Source: Azolla caroliniana
Lineage: Eukaryota > Plantae > Polypodiophyta
Length of the DNA: 64,000 bases
Assembly (NCBI GenBank): GCA_043228905.1
Contig: JBHGNT010000011.1
Coordinates: 1,798,001-1,862,000 of the forward strand
Direction of reading: 5' to 3'
Position 1 is the stretch's first letter. Every line of letters begins with the position of its first letter. Of this stretch, positions 28,299-41,196 are shown one piece after another. A program made the translations under genes and the position numbers. The notes beneath the pieces are model-generated. The model did no database searches. It was not told where the DNA came from and saw only the letters and a list, made by a program, of their open reading frames with translations.

Positions 28299-29720
28299 AC
28301 AAGATGAGTTATACGAGTGTGTGTGTCGGTGTGTGCTAATCGAGAGGAATCTGGAAGAGAAGGTGAAGAGAGACTAGAAGAGCAATGATCGTCATGGAGA
28401 TATGATGATTAGGACAAAGAAGATAATGATGAAGGTTATCAGCGGATGAAGGTGAATTAGACGAAGGCGGACCACCAATGGGTGGCGGAAAAGACCGAGC
28501 AGCAGAGGAACAGACGACGATGACCATTACCAAATGAATGGTCGACGAATAGCCGAGAGTCGGCCGAACAAAGCCGGCTTGAAAGCCAGTGAACCAAGAG
28601 ATGTCTAAGCAACAACCTACTGACAAATAGAGCCGGATAACAAACAGACATGGCCGATGAACAATAACCAACGACTAGTGCCAACCACACAGAGACATCT
28701 GGCGGCGACAACGGTAGAGACAAGAGACGGTTGGCAGATGACGTCTGACAGCCGGCGGCCGACAAACCCGTGGACAGAGACAACCGGTGTCTGGCAACTA
28801 GCGGACAAAGCCAGCCAGATTGTTAGGCCGAGAATTGGCTGAGACATAAGCATCAGCCAAGAGCCCGCTGAGATACGTCGACATCCGATGAAGTGGACGA
28901 ACGAAGACCGACGGTGGCAAAGCCGAAAATATGGTTTGGAAGCTGTACAAAGACGGCCCCAAACAGAGCCGACCGTTGAGAGATGAAATTTCAAAAGCTC
29001 AAGGTCATGAGATGAAATTTCAAAAGCTCAAGGGCATGACATGAGATTTCAAAAATTGGAGGGTAGAATGCAAAATTTCGAAAACACAAAGGCCAAAAAT
29101 AAAATTTCAAAAAATTTGAGGGTAAAAATTTTAGAGACCAAGGGTAAAAATATACAAAGCTCAATTCACATGACAAACCCGAAAATACACATACATGTAA
29201 CACAATCATGAAAGACCCAAGCCGCAATGGATGAGCCAATTGGTGTGTGATCCAATTGAGTGACATGTTGACCAAACGAGAAGGTTCGAGTCAAGCAATG
29301 CTCCGATTGAAGTTATCGATCGTAGAGCTATGATTTGGTCGATGGACTTTCGACCGTTGAGACGACCGATGGAGTTTCGGTCGCTAATAACTGCCATGGC
29401 GAGTGGGTTCACCATGCGATGCACTGTCCCACAGGCGTGCCATGTGTTACCGATAGGAGTTGTACGGGGCGGTATAAGGGTAAAACACGTTATAGGGGTT
29501 GTTCTGTTTGTGTAATGTAGGAGAGTGTGAATGAGGATAAATATTTTTGTAAACACATGCACAATTATGTGCATGTAATGGTCTTCTTTTTGTAATGGTC
29601 ATATTATTAGCCGTTACATTATGTACTATATAAATCCCTCATGGGGTATGTAATGAGATATAGCTTTTTCCCTCTCATTTTGTGTTTGTCTCATTGTTTC
29701 TCTTTCCTTCTCTTTCCCTC

Positions 29721-32700
29721 TTGCCCCGGTCATACAATCACTGGATTGGACGCGAACGTTCCACGTGTTCGTGGATGCGTCAAACATTGCGATCGGTAGC
29801 ACGCTTATGTAACTGACCGAACCAAATTGGTATCAACAAGTTTATTACTCGAGCCGAAAACTTTCGGTCGCCGAACGTAATTACTCCTACCAAGTGAGAA
29901 GCCCTGGGTATGATATATAATATCAATAAATTTCATCACTACCTATTGGGTCGGAAATTCTTCTTCCACATGGATCATGTGGCCCTACTGTATCTGGTAT
30001 CGAAGTAGTCCCTCATAGATAAGCTGGCGCGATGGATGTTGTTACTACAAGAACTCAAATTTGAGATTTAGCATCGGCCAAGCGCTCAACACGCGGTCAT
30101 AGATTATCTAAGCTTCATCGAAAACGGAGAGAATGCTGTAGAGGATGATGATGACATCCCAGATTGCGGAATTCTATGAATTTCCGAAACAAAGAAGTCA
30201 TTACCGGAAGACAAATGGCTCGAGGGTCCTGATCACCGGCTTACTGCCCCCACAGATGCGAACGGATGAGAAGAAGCAGTTGGCGGTCCGTAGTATAAAT
30301 TTTTACCTATTAGAGGGAACGCTATATCACAAAGGGAGCGACGACATTTGGCGACGATGTGTTCAGCGTGATGAAAAAGAAGCCGTGTTACGCGAACCGC
30401 ATTGAGGGATAGCCGGGGGACATTACGCTGGCGACGCCACCGCAAGGAAAATATGGCAGGGTGGTCTTTGGTGGCCAACCTCACAAAAGGACGCCCATAC
30501 GTACTGCCGTCAGTGCGATTTATGTCAGTGGATGGAACAACCCACGGAACGAGCCCGTATGCCTCATCAACCCATTCTCCGATTGGAGCCAGTTCAAAAA
30601 TGGGGCCTCGGTTTCGTCGACCCGTTCACCCCAGCCATGACACACACAGGAAATAGATACATCTTGGTTGCAATGGATCATTGCACAAAGTGGGTCGAGG
30701 ACAAAGCTTTATGGGACAACACGACAACGTCCACCGTGAAATTCCTTTACGAGAACATCTGGTGCTGGTTTGGATGTCCCATCGAGCTCGTAAGCGATCA
30801 AGGCACCCATTTCCTAAATAAGGTTATACACGGGCTCACTGATCACTACGTCTAGTCCATAAGAAGAGCACCCTGTATTACCCTTAGGCAAACGGGTTTG
30901 CGGAATCAACGAACAAAACCCTACAGAACATTCTCAAGAAGATCGTCAACGAAGACCACACCGACTAGGATATGAAACGTCAAAGCGCCCTATGAGCATA
31001 TCAAACAAGCTTCAAAACCAACACCCAATCCACCTCATTCAGGTTAGCCTTTGACCTCGAAGCAGTAATGTCGGTCGAATTCCAGATCCCGAGTCTAAGG
31101 ATACAGATCTGTGAATGCCTTCCCGAAAAATAGTCAGAATAGTTACGGTTACAACAACTCCTTGAACTTGGTGAAGATAAGGTACTAAGCATGACGGTTT
31201 TGGAACAGGAACAACGCCGTCGCAAAGCGTTCATTGACCAACATTGGGGGGGGGGGGGGGGAGTAACGAGAAATCCTTCGAAATCAGAAAGGCCGTACTA
31301 GTGTTCTAGAAATGCATGGGAAAAATGCCGGGCAAACTATGATTCTAGTGGACGGGGCCGTATTGGATAGTCTGCGTTGAAAACGACACCTTCGAGCTCG
31401 GAGCGCTGAGGAAATTTTACGACGAAAGGTCAATGGCTTCTTACTCAAATCCTACTTGGGACCCACACCCCCAAATCCTTTCTGAAATGCCGCGGAGTTA
31501 ACGGGTGAAAACGTCGGCCCACTCCCATTAATTTGAACCTCACTGTAATGTAATATTAATGTAACATATTAACAACCATTACTATTAGGTATGAAATGAA
31601 AAGGAAAAACACGAAAAAGAAAAAGAAAAAGAAAAAGAAAAAGGCACTTGGAACAATATGGAGGCGCACAACCCAAGAAAGCAAGTACCCTCTCCAGTCA
31701 CATGCGTGGACAACATGGTTCGTAGAATCTTGAACAGTAGCGTTCCCACCTCACAAAAAGGTAATCTGAGCAATTTCTCTAACCTTGCACAACTTAGAAG
31801 CTCCCCTTGCTCTCCTCACTCTACCTACTCAGAAAGAGTTTCACATCTTCGCTACTCCTCATCTACACGCTCTCCTCGCTCTTCACACCACACAAACAAC
31901 CCTTCTACACAAATAGACGCCGAGACAGCCATGCCGATCGACATCTCATCTGCTCTACGATAGTGGCTCCATGACCACAGACTCGCCAGATACATAAGAG
32001 TAGTGGAAGCGCTGCCCCACCCCAACTCCCATGAAATGACGACGCAGATCAATGTGGACACGGTCACGAATGCCACAATCTGAAAAAAGTTGGGCCTGAG
32101 CTCCACAGGGGAACGCCACTTCAAGATCCCTCCCACAGAGGACCTCAAACGGTATTTTGACGAATACTCACTCTCTGTCAGGCGTATAGGACAAGGGATG
32201 CACTCGATCCTTTCTTCCGCAAGATCACCAAGTTTCTGTTGGAAGTGGGTTGCGTGCACTCCAATGCTTACGGAATGCCGAAACAGAAGGCCATAATCCT
32301 CATATCAACCTTCGAGGGCCACGCCGTCGACTGGGAGTCATCATAGGGCCATCCTTGCGTGAAGGCCTCCACACCTTCCAGGCCGGTAAGAAGCTCTGGC
32401 CCATCATCCAACAATATTTCACAATATTGTTCCCCCCACTGACCCTACAGCTCTGGGTTCATCCCCCCCAACGCCAGCTCCGCGTCAACAGAAGCGCACG
32501 GAATGGGAGGAGGAAGGAAACATCCGTGCACCGAAGTAAGTCGACACCTGGAATGGGCAACAATCGGCACACACCACGAACCAAGAAACAGACGAATGGC
32601 TGAGCAACTCCAAACCCAAACGTCGTCGGCTGGATTAGAAGGACGATTGGGGTTTTACAAAAGACGCGGCACCACAACCTAGCACTGACGTATTGGCCGA

Positions 32701-35700
32701 GGCGGACCCCATGCAGGTCTTCGAAGAAATTCCATGGTCCAAATCAACCCTAATGGAGAATACAGAAAGAGGCAAAGGCCTCCTCACGTCGAACAATGTC
32801 GTGATGGCCTGTTCGGAGATGTCATTCGTAGCCCATGAGTTCGCAACCTTGTTACAATTCGGCACATCATTCGAAATCATGGAGTTCTTGGCAACACAAC
32901 AAATAAAAGTCTCTCAATGCATGGACAAGGAACATATGGAAAGACAAATGATTGAGCGAGCCCTGGCAGGAATAGCAAAGAGAGAAGATGAATGCGCCTC
33001 GGGCAAAATTAGACATAATGAGGAACGCGAGCAAAGGCCATGTCGGAATCAAGGTTCCTCCATTGAATACCTCCTTAATCGAGGTCCACAGGGAGTTACC
33101 CAAGGATATGGTATGCAAAAACAAGACCGCAAAGAAGGCCAAAAAGTACACCAAGCAATAGCTTGAAGAGGCCTAGAAGACGATAGTTGGAGCATCGACC
33201 ACAGGAAGCAACAACCTCAACCAAAGCTTCCCCCACACCCAAAATACGAAGACTCAATGAGGAGGTCTAAGCCCAAACGATGATAGTAGCAAAAGCGAAA
33301 AGAGCGGCAGAACTCGCCGAGATGAAAATAGAGTGAGTCCTCTTTGAGCTCCGACAATCATCGGATCGGGAAACAGACGTCCAAGCAAAGGCAATGAAAG
33401 ACATAAAAACGATACAAGACAAGTTGGATGCCTAAATTTCGGCCTAAAAACAAACCATCGAAGCGCTCAACAAATAGACGGAAGTAGTAGGTCGAATCAA
33501 GGGTACCATCGAGGCATTGCGTGAGGCCGTGCAAAAGAAGCGCAAATGGTACGATGATTAGATCGAAATAGAGCGCTAGTTGACAAGAGAGGTCGAAGAA
33601 CACTTAAATAAGGAAATGGGCCGGCTCGAAGAATTGCACGAAAAAGAGTCGAAGCTCTAGTAGGAGGTAAAATCACAATATGAAACGTAGGCGGGGCCTC
33701 CAACACCAGCAAAATCGCAAATCTCAAGATGGCCATCCAAGAAATGTGGACGAAAACCGAGATGAACACTAAGAGAATCAAAGTCCTACTATTGACAAAC
33801 AAGGAGAGATTCAATTGCCAGCTCCAGGAAGCACTAGACCGGGGCTGGGCTGAATGGGCGAAGTAGGCAACGGAGCTCCATACCTACCGGCCTGACTAGA
33901 CGAATCGGTAGAAAGACGGTAAGGTCTTTTATAAACTAAACGAAGAAAGCATCACAATGGTCAGTGAGGACATTTTGCATGACTATCAAGCCATGGACGA
34001 CCACCACTTTGAAGAAATCATGCAGATGTTAGAGGAGTTCGGTGATAGTTAGATTGAGACCTCATTCGAACTCCAGGCGTACGAGAACAAACCGAAACAG
34101 ACGGAGCAAGGGAAAGGATCATACACCATTGTGTTTCCCGACAATGACTTCGGCGAGGATGCATCGAAAGGCCAAATTTCGGAAGTCACCACGACGCCGA
34201 ACCTACCATCGAAGATGCGTCTGGAACTCGCCAAGGCCACGCCAGAAGAAACACTGTGTGAGGAGCCACTTGATAGCCCTCCCTTGACCAGCCATGCAGA
34301 AGGAGGCCCAGAACTTGAGCAGATGACATCGATTGAACTAGAGTTGGGAAAGACAATCGAAACAACAATCGAACTAGAGCCGATAGAGCCAACCACACTA
34401 GAACCGATGACGCAGACCTCAATAACCCCCGAAACACCCACGATGGTTCCCACTTACACGGCTCGACTAGATCCTAGACATTTTTGACGACACATGAGAT
34501 TCCTCGTGGGTTCGACCGACCGTGCATGCACTGTCCCACATGCGTGCCATGTGTTGGCCACCTCGGACAACCAAGTGGGAAATGTCGAAAAAAGAAAAGA
34601 CAAAGGGGACGATTATGGTGAGTGAAGAAGAAGGGTGGGGCCAAAGCGTAGTTAAGAGGGCGTAACAACCAAAACATTCATGAGGGGTAATGGTTCACGC
34701 GCCAAGCGTAATCGCTCATGACCCTATATAAAGGGCATGGCGAACTTGTAAAAAATCTTAATCATAATCTTGTATACAGAATTGTGGAATATAGATCTAT
34801 TTTGCCTAACTTCCTGTGTTGAGTCGTGTACTCTGAATGTGTTAAGTGTGGAACGTTGTCGCGGTATTCCGCGAGCGCGTGTAGGATCCGAGGCGGGACC
34901 ACGGGGGCTTGGACTAGGGAGTAGAGGAGAAGGAATAAGACACAAAATGGAAGCTTAGCTCAAGAGGAGAAGAGGAAGAATAGCACATAAACATAAAATA
35001 GAATAGATGGAGGCAAGATACACCCCCAAGACAAGAAACATCAACATGCTATATTAAGAGTTCACAAAAAAAATTACAACCAAGGCTGCATAGGCCGCAC
35101 CCAAAACAACTACAAGAAAACCCTAACCGGATAACTAAGCAAAGAAGCATAGAAACGCTAAAAGAAACCCAAGAAGAAAACCCTAGAAGAAACCCTAAAA
35201 CCGAATAGAACCCCTCAACCTAAGTGGTATACCTATCTCACTCAAAATAGGCAACCCCTTCACAAGTGACCCCTCACTCCCTTTTATAGTAGTAAGGGGT
35301 GAGCACATTACAAGAGGGAGTCAAATCCCCTTTCCTTTAATGGGGAATATCTCCCTTGATCTTAAATCGGTGGGCCTTAACTCTCTCTCTCTCTCCTATC
35401 ACATTCACTCTCAATGCCCACTACTCATTCTACTCTACAAAGTGCATATCACATTTATGCCTCTACGAACCTCGTGGTGCACCTTTAGCACCTTAGATTA
35501 TTACCCTTCCCCTTTACATTTTGTTATCTTATTCTCATCATACAAATTTACAAGTGCATGTGTAATGTTGCACATCCCCATTTATTTGTCCCTCCCAGTT
35601 TTCTCACCGTAGCTGGAAATCTTCACGACAACGTGTCGGTTGTAACCATCATTGTAATCTCCACAATCTCCACGATCGAGATAACTATTACAATTCTAGT

Positions 35701-35817
35701 ATACAATCGTACCCGAGTTACTGGTACGACTTGAGCATCCTTCCATGACCATGATTCCCTTGAGACAAACACCAAAGGACCGAGGATTTGGCACCGTGTT
35801 ACCCTAAACCAAAAACA
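29721..35817 (+). mobile_element. 3' portion of a non-chromovirus Ty3/gypsy element: RNase H, integrase, long extra ORF region, 3' LTR
   Basis: RNase H begins FHVFVDASNIAIG at about 29760. The integrase has a zinc finger (GGHYAG..WWPT..CRQCDLCQ), a core (LVSDQGTHF, ANGFAESTNKTL) and WTGPYW. A degenerate plus-strand extra ORF runs about 31920-34487. The 3' LTR is 34552-35817 (TGTT..AACA, TATATAAA at about 34724) and is split by a solo LTR. Confidence 0.8.
34857..35630 (-). mobile_element. Solo LTR (TGTCG...CGACA) with 4-bp TSD ACGT
   Basis: Termini are inverted TGTCG/CGACA, and ACGT flanks both sides (34853-34856 and 35631-35634). A minus-strand TATAAAA lies at about 35285. The terminal segment resembles the LTR at 46854. 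Confidence 0.85.
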
Positions 35818-36730
35818 ACCGAATCAACTTCTTCTTGCTCGACCGCGTCCTCTTCCTCCATCCGAGTGTGAGTAGAGCATGTGGCCTTTGGAGGCGTTGT
35901 TCCTTGTTCGAACATGGTTTTCTTCAACCAACAACATTGATTGAAGATCGAAGAAAGAAGGAGGATTCTCCCTTTCTAGAATGGCGGTTCTCATTGCACC
36001 GAACCGTGGTGCAAGGCCACCGAGGTATATTTGCACCATCTTATCATCCTCCATGTTGATGCTTATTTAGTTGAGCGAGTCACAAAGCTCCTTGATCTTC
36101 AAGGTGTAGTTTGTGATGGAAATATCCCTTTGTTGGATGTTGTTCAACTCTTGGCGGAGTTGAAGCTATCGTGTCGTTGTATTGGCGATGAATATCTTAT
36201 TGTTCTCCCAAGCTTCTTTGGGCGTCTTGGCTTCTCGAATGTAGCCAAGTATGTGGTCATGGACACATGTCGCCAAGAAATATATTACTCGGCTTCCGGC
36301 TTGCTCCCATGTTGAGTATTCGGGAGTCCTTGGGTCGGGTTGATTTTCTTGTAGTCCTTTGATGTAGCTCCAATAGCCTTGGTCGACAAGGTATTGGTGC
36401 ATCTTGTACTCCCAAGATGCAAAGTTGTTTCCGTCCAACTTCTCACTAGGGAGAGCTCTCCCCATTTGAGTATTCATTATGTCGATGTAGTTTTCCTTCT
36501 CTCTTGAACGTGAACGATGTAGTTGCACTACGATAGCGATGAGCTAGTTCTTCTTGAACGTTGGCGTAGAACACAACACACGTGAATGGGCTACATCGAG
36601 CTACCAAATCGCTCTGATACCATGTAAAGAATCGGATATGATTCTATGCAGCGGAAGAGATGTGTGTTATGTGTGTGTGAGAGAGAAGATGAATGAAGAG
36701 GAGAGAAACACAAGATAGATAATATGAGAG
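35818..36730 (-). mobile_element. Ty1/copia 5' fragment (U5, iMet PBS, degenerate gag)
   Basis: The PBS TGGTATCAGAGC is on the minus strand at 36611-36622 and partial LTR occupies 36623-36730. Gag reads LPSEKLDGNNFASWEYKMHQYL...AKTPKEAWEN. Confidence 0.85.
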
Positions 36731-39159
36731 TGTTGAGAATCAAGCTCAGCTAGACTAGTGTGTGAACACACCGTCAAGAATCTATGAGCACTCAAAGGTC
36801 AAAAGTCACCACTACTCTCTACACATTAACAATGTGTCATAAAATCATATTATATGACACATAACTAATGAGTTTCCACATTCCCCATGACCAATGAGCT
36901 TCGGTAGTTAATGAAGAAAGAGGGTGAGTATATAAAGCACCCTCCTCCTACTTTGTAATGTGTTGGTTAATCTCCTTTGTAATATACATCTTCTTGAGTA
37001 TTCTATTTTCCATTCTATCCATCTTGTGTCTCTCTCCTCTCCTCTTCTCAAACACACACACACACACACACACAACACACATCTCTAACCTATTCTGCTG
37101 CACAAAATAACCACGATTCTTTACATGGTATCAGAGCGCTTTGGTAGCTCGATCTAGCCCATCCGCGTGTGTCATGTCCTACGCCGACGTTCAAGAAGAA
37201 CCAACTCATCCCTAACATAGTGCGCCACATAGCTCATATTCAAGAGAGAAGAAGAAGGAAAGATATCTACATCTCTCTCCCTAGTGAGAAGTTGGACAGA
37301 AACAACTTTGCATCTTGGAAGTACAAGATGCACCAATACCTTGTCAGCCAAGGCTATTGGAGCTACATCAAAGGAGCATAAGAACATCAACCCGACCCAA
37401 CGTCTCCTGAATACTCAACATTGGCGCAAGCCGCAAGCTGAGGGATGTATTGCTTGGCGACATGTGTCCATGACCACATGCTCGACTACATTCGTGAAGC
37501 CAAGACGCCGAAGGAAGCGTGGGAGAATCTTAGGAAGATTTTCAGGGCGAACACAACCGCAAGAAAGCTTCAACTTCGCTAAGAGTTGAATAATATCCAA
37601 CAAAGGGATATGTTCATCACAAGCTACACCTTGAAGATCAAGGAGCTTTGTGATTCACTCGGTTCAATAAGTGTCAATGTGGATGATGGTGCAAATATGC
37701 CTAGGTGGCCTCACATTACTGTTCGGCACGATGAGAATCGCTGTCCTAGCAAGGGAGAATCCTCATTCTTTCTTTGATTTTCAATCCATGTTGTTGGTTG
37801 AACAAAACCATGTTCAAACAAGGAGCAACGCCTCGGGGCGAAATGTTCATGATGAGACATAGAGCAAATTCTATGTCGGCTTCTACTTCGACTAGTGCCT
37901 CCAATCCGGAAAACGTATGGTTCGTCGACTCCGGTTCCTCAAACCATATGACGTCTCACCAAGAATGGTTCCAAGACTTACGAGGGAAGGATTGACCCAA
38001 CTATGTTGAAACCGGAGATGACACTACTCATTCGATTCGGCATATCGACAATGTCCCATTCAGGAAAGACAATAAACAAACTTGCATCAAAAATATCTTG
38101 CATGTACCAACCATAATGAAGAATTTGGTCTCGGTTGAGCAAATTGTTGAGCAAGGCATGCAAGTTAGATACAACCAAGGTGGTTTCTTCATCGAGAAGG
38201 AAGGTTGACTAATCGCTCATGGACGAAGGGAAGGCCAAATGTTTATCCTTGAATCGAACGAGGTAAAATCGGCCATGTTTGCAAAGGGCCTCAAAGCCGA
38301 CATTGACATATAGTTGTGGCACAAAAGAATCAACCATATCAATGTCAACAAACTCAAGGGCATGCAATCAAAAGGAGTTTTCATTGGACTTCTGATGTTC
38401 AAAGAGAAAGAGATTGAATGAGTATGTGGAGCTTGCCAATTCGACAAGCAACATCAGCACCCATTTCCAAAGGAACGAAAATGTGAGCAAAGGCCTCCTA
38501 GATGTGATCCACTCGTATGTGTGGGGACAGACACAAATGACCACATTTGGAGGATGTCAGTATTATCTTACCTTTATCGACAACTTCTCTAGGCATACAT
38601 GGATCTTTCCCATGAGGCAGAAGAGCGAAGTGTTTAGACACTGCCAAAAATTCAAAAGCGAAGTTGAAAAGACAACTGGCCGCCATGTACGATGTCCACT
38701 CGAGAGAAGAATCTGGTTAGCCAATTCAGCTACAATGACTATATGGCATACCACTATGCTTTTATGATGAAGGTGGCAACAGATCGTGAACTGGAGAGCT
38801 TTGTCGAAGTTGCTAAAAATTCACGATGGGTCGAAGTGATGAACGAGGAGATGCAAGCTCTCAACAAGAACGAGATATGGGATCTCGTCCCTCACTCACC
38901 TCACAGGAAGGCAATCGGCTGCAGATGGATTTACAAGCTGAAGTACAATCTCGACGGCTCAGTCAATCACCACAAAGCCCAACTTGTAGTGAAAGGGTAC
39001 ATACAAACACACGGTGGTGACTATGAAGAGACCTTTGCCCCGGTGGCAAAGATAATGATTGTGCGGATTGTGATTGCACTTGTAGTAGTGAAAGGGGGGC
39101 ACCTCCACCAGATGGATGTCAAGAACGCCTTTCTCCAAGGAGAATTAGAAGAGGAGGTG
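36731..39159 (+). mobile_element. Ty1/copia element of the same family inserted in opposite orientation; degenerate gag-PR-IN-RT, interrupted in RT
   Basis: The LTR is 36731-37125 (TG..CA) and the PBS TGGTATCAGAGC is at 37126. Protease reads WFVDSGSSNHMT, and the integrase has an internal deletion at about 38695. RT reads AIGCRWIYKLK...HQMDVKNAFLQGELEEEV. Confidence 0.88.
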
Positions 39160-41196
39160 TGTAGAGAATAGCATGGAATATTGCTCGGCCACAACCAAGT
39201 CTTGAACACTTCACTTGGAATGAAACACAGAAATGGGAAATGGAGAGAGTACACAGAAATGACACAAGATGTTTACGTGGAAAACCCTAATAGGGAAAAA
39301 CCACGGGAGGCCACAGACTCCAACTATCACTATATGAGAGTAAAATGCAAAGTGGAGGCACAGAGGCAGCGACCTCGTGCTCGCGATCTTCGTTAGATGG
39401 CGGTTACTACAGAGAGTGCTCGTAGTTACTCTCTCGCTCTCTATACAGTAGTTATATACATACAACAATATGACAACAACATACATTTAAAGTGATTGCC
39501 CTAAGTCATATTTATACTTATATGAACTTAGGGCTATTTACAAATATAGCCTCAATAGGCGTGCTCAAGACATATTTACGAATATGTCTCTCTTCCTGTT
39601 CTCACCGGGTCTCCTCCGGTTTCCAGATCTCTTCTGGTTCTCACTAGGTCCTCTTCATTCATCACCAAGTCCCATGCGGAGAGACCGATTTCCCAACAAT
39701 CTCCCCCTTCACTCTGGCATGGGATGTCTCGTCAACCCGATCCGCTTTCGACACGCGTCTAGCTTGTCGGTTGTCAACACCATGGTCAGCATATCCGACC
39801 CGTTCTCCTTCGTATGGATCTTTGTCAGCACGAACTCTTGATCTTCTACTCTCTCCCGGATCCAGTGGTACCTCCGTTGGATATGTTTCGTCCGGGAATG
39901 GTAGGCCGCGTTCTTTGCAAGGTGGATGACACTTTGACTGTCGCAGTAGAGTCAGTATTCCTCTTGTTGGATTCCTAGCTCTCCGATGAAGTCCTTCATC
40001 CAAATTATCTCCTTGCCGGCTTCTACATCTGCCATGTACTCTGCCTCCGTGGTTGACAATGCAACCGTCTTCTATAGCCTCGACTGCCACGAAACAACTC
40101 CCCCTGCATAAGTCATGACATATCCGGATGTAGACCGACTGGTATCCGCATCAGCCGACATATCCGTCAAGTTGCGGATTACCAGAGCCAAATTGGAGGC
40201 ACATACTCGTGGTGCCTTTCAAATACCGGAGTATCCACTTGACCGCGTTCAAGTGCTCTCTTCCGGGATTGCTCATGAACCGGCTCACCACTCCGACTGC
40301 ATATCCAATATCCGGCTGAGTACATACCATCGCGTACATCAAGCTTCCGATGACAGAGGCATATGGTATCTTCATCATATCCGTCTTCTCCACCTTTGTC
40401 CTCAGACTTTGTTTTCCGGAGAGCTTGCAATTTGCCGGATGTGTCGATCTGACCGGCTTCGCGTCCGACATGTTGAACCATTGAAGCACCTTTGTCACGT
40501 ACTTCTTCTGTGACAACCACAACATCTTCTTCGAGCGGTCCCGGATGATGTGCATTCCCAATATCTATCTTGCCCGCCCCAAGTCTTTCATTGAGAAGGT
40601 CCGGGTCAGAGCCTTCTTCAAGATCCGAATCTTTCCTTGGTCTCGTCCGACGATCAACATATCATCCACATATAGGAGTATCAAGAAATCTCCGCCATCA
40701 AATTTCTTCACAAACACGTAGTGATCGGCTTGCGTCTTGTGGTACCCTTGGTCGGTCATGAAGGAGTCGAACTTCCGGTACCATTGCCGGCGAGCTGGCT
40801 TCAGTCCGTATAGGCTCTTCATCAACCAACACACCAGGTGCTCTTTCCCTTTCTTCTCAAATCCTTCCTGTTCATGCATGTAAATCTCTTCTTTGAGGTC
40901 ACCATGGAGGAATGTCATCTTCACGTCTAGTTGCTCTACCTCGAGGTCCATGCTTGCCGCTATGCCAATACCATTCGGATGGATGTCATCTTTATTACCG
41001 GGGCAAAGATCTCATCGAAGTCCACTCCTTTCTTCTGCTCGAATCCCTTCACCACGATCCAGGCTTTGTACCTTGGTGGATTTCCGGCGTCTCCCGATTT
41101 CAACTTGTGTACTGAACCCACTTGCTCCAGGGTGCTCTCTTCCCTTTCGCAAACTCCGTAAGTTCGTATGTGTGGTTCTCATGCAGGGAATCCATC
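39160..41196 (-). mobile_element. Ty1/copia 3' part (RT, RNase H, PPT, 3' LTR)
   Basis: The 3' LTR is 39160-39698 and the PPT AAGGGGGAGAT is on the minus strand at 39699-39709. RT reads QLDVKMTFLHGDL..YVDDML and YAMVCTQPDI. Confidence 0.88.

Larger units (their letters stand above)
26716..29720 (+). mobile_element. Non-autonomous LTR retroelement with tRNA-Arg-complementary sites at both ends of the internal region; 3' LTR truncated
   Basis: The 5' LTR is 26716-27061 (TGTT...AACA, TATATAAA at about 26908) with the PBS TGGCACGCCT at 27066. A second LTR copy starts at 29445 and is cut at about 29720. It is preceded by GTCCCACAGGCGTGCCA-TG rather than a polypurine tract. There is no gag or pol. 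Confidence 0.8.
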
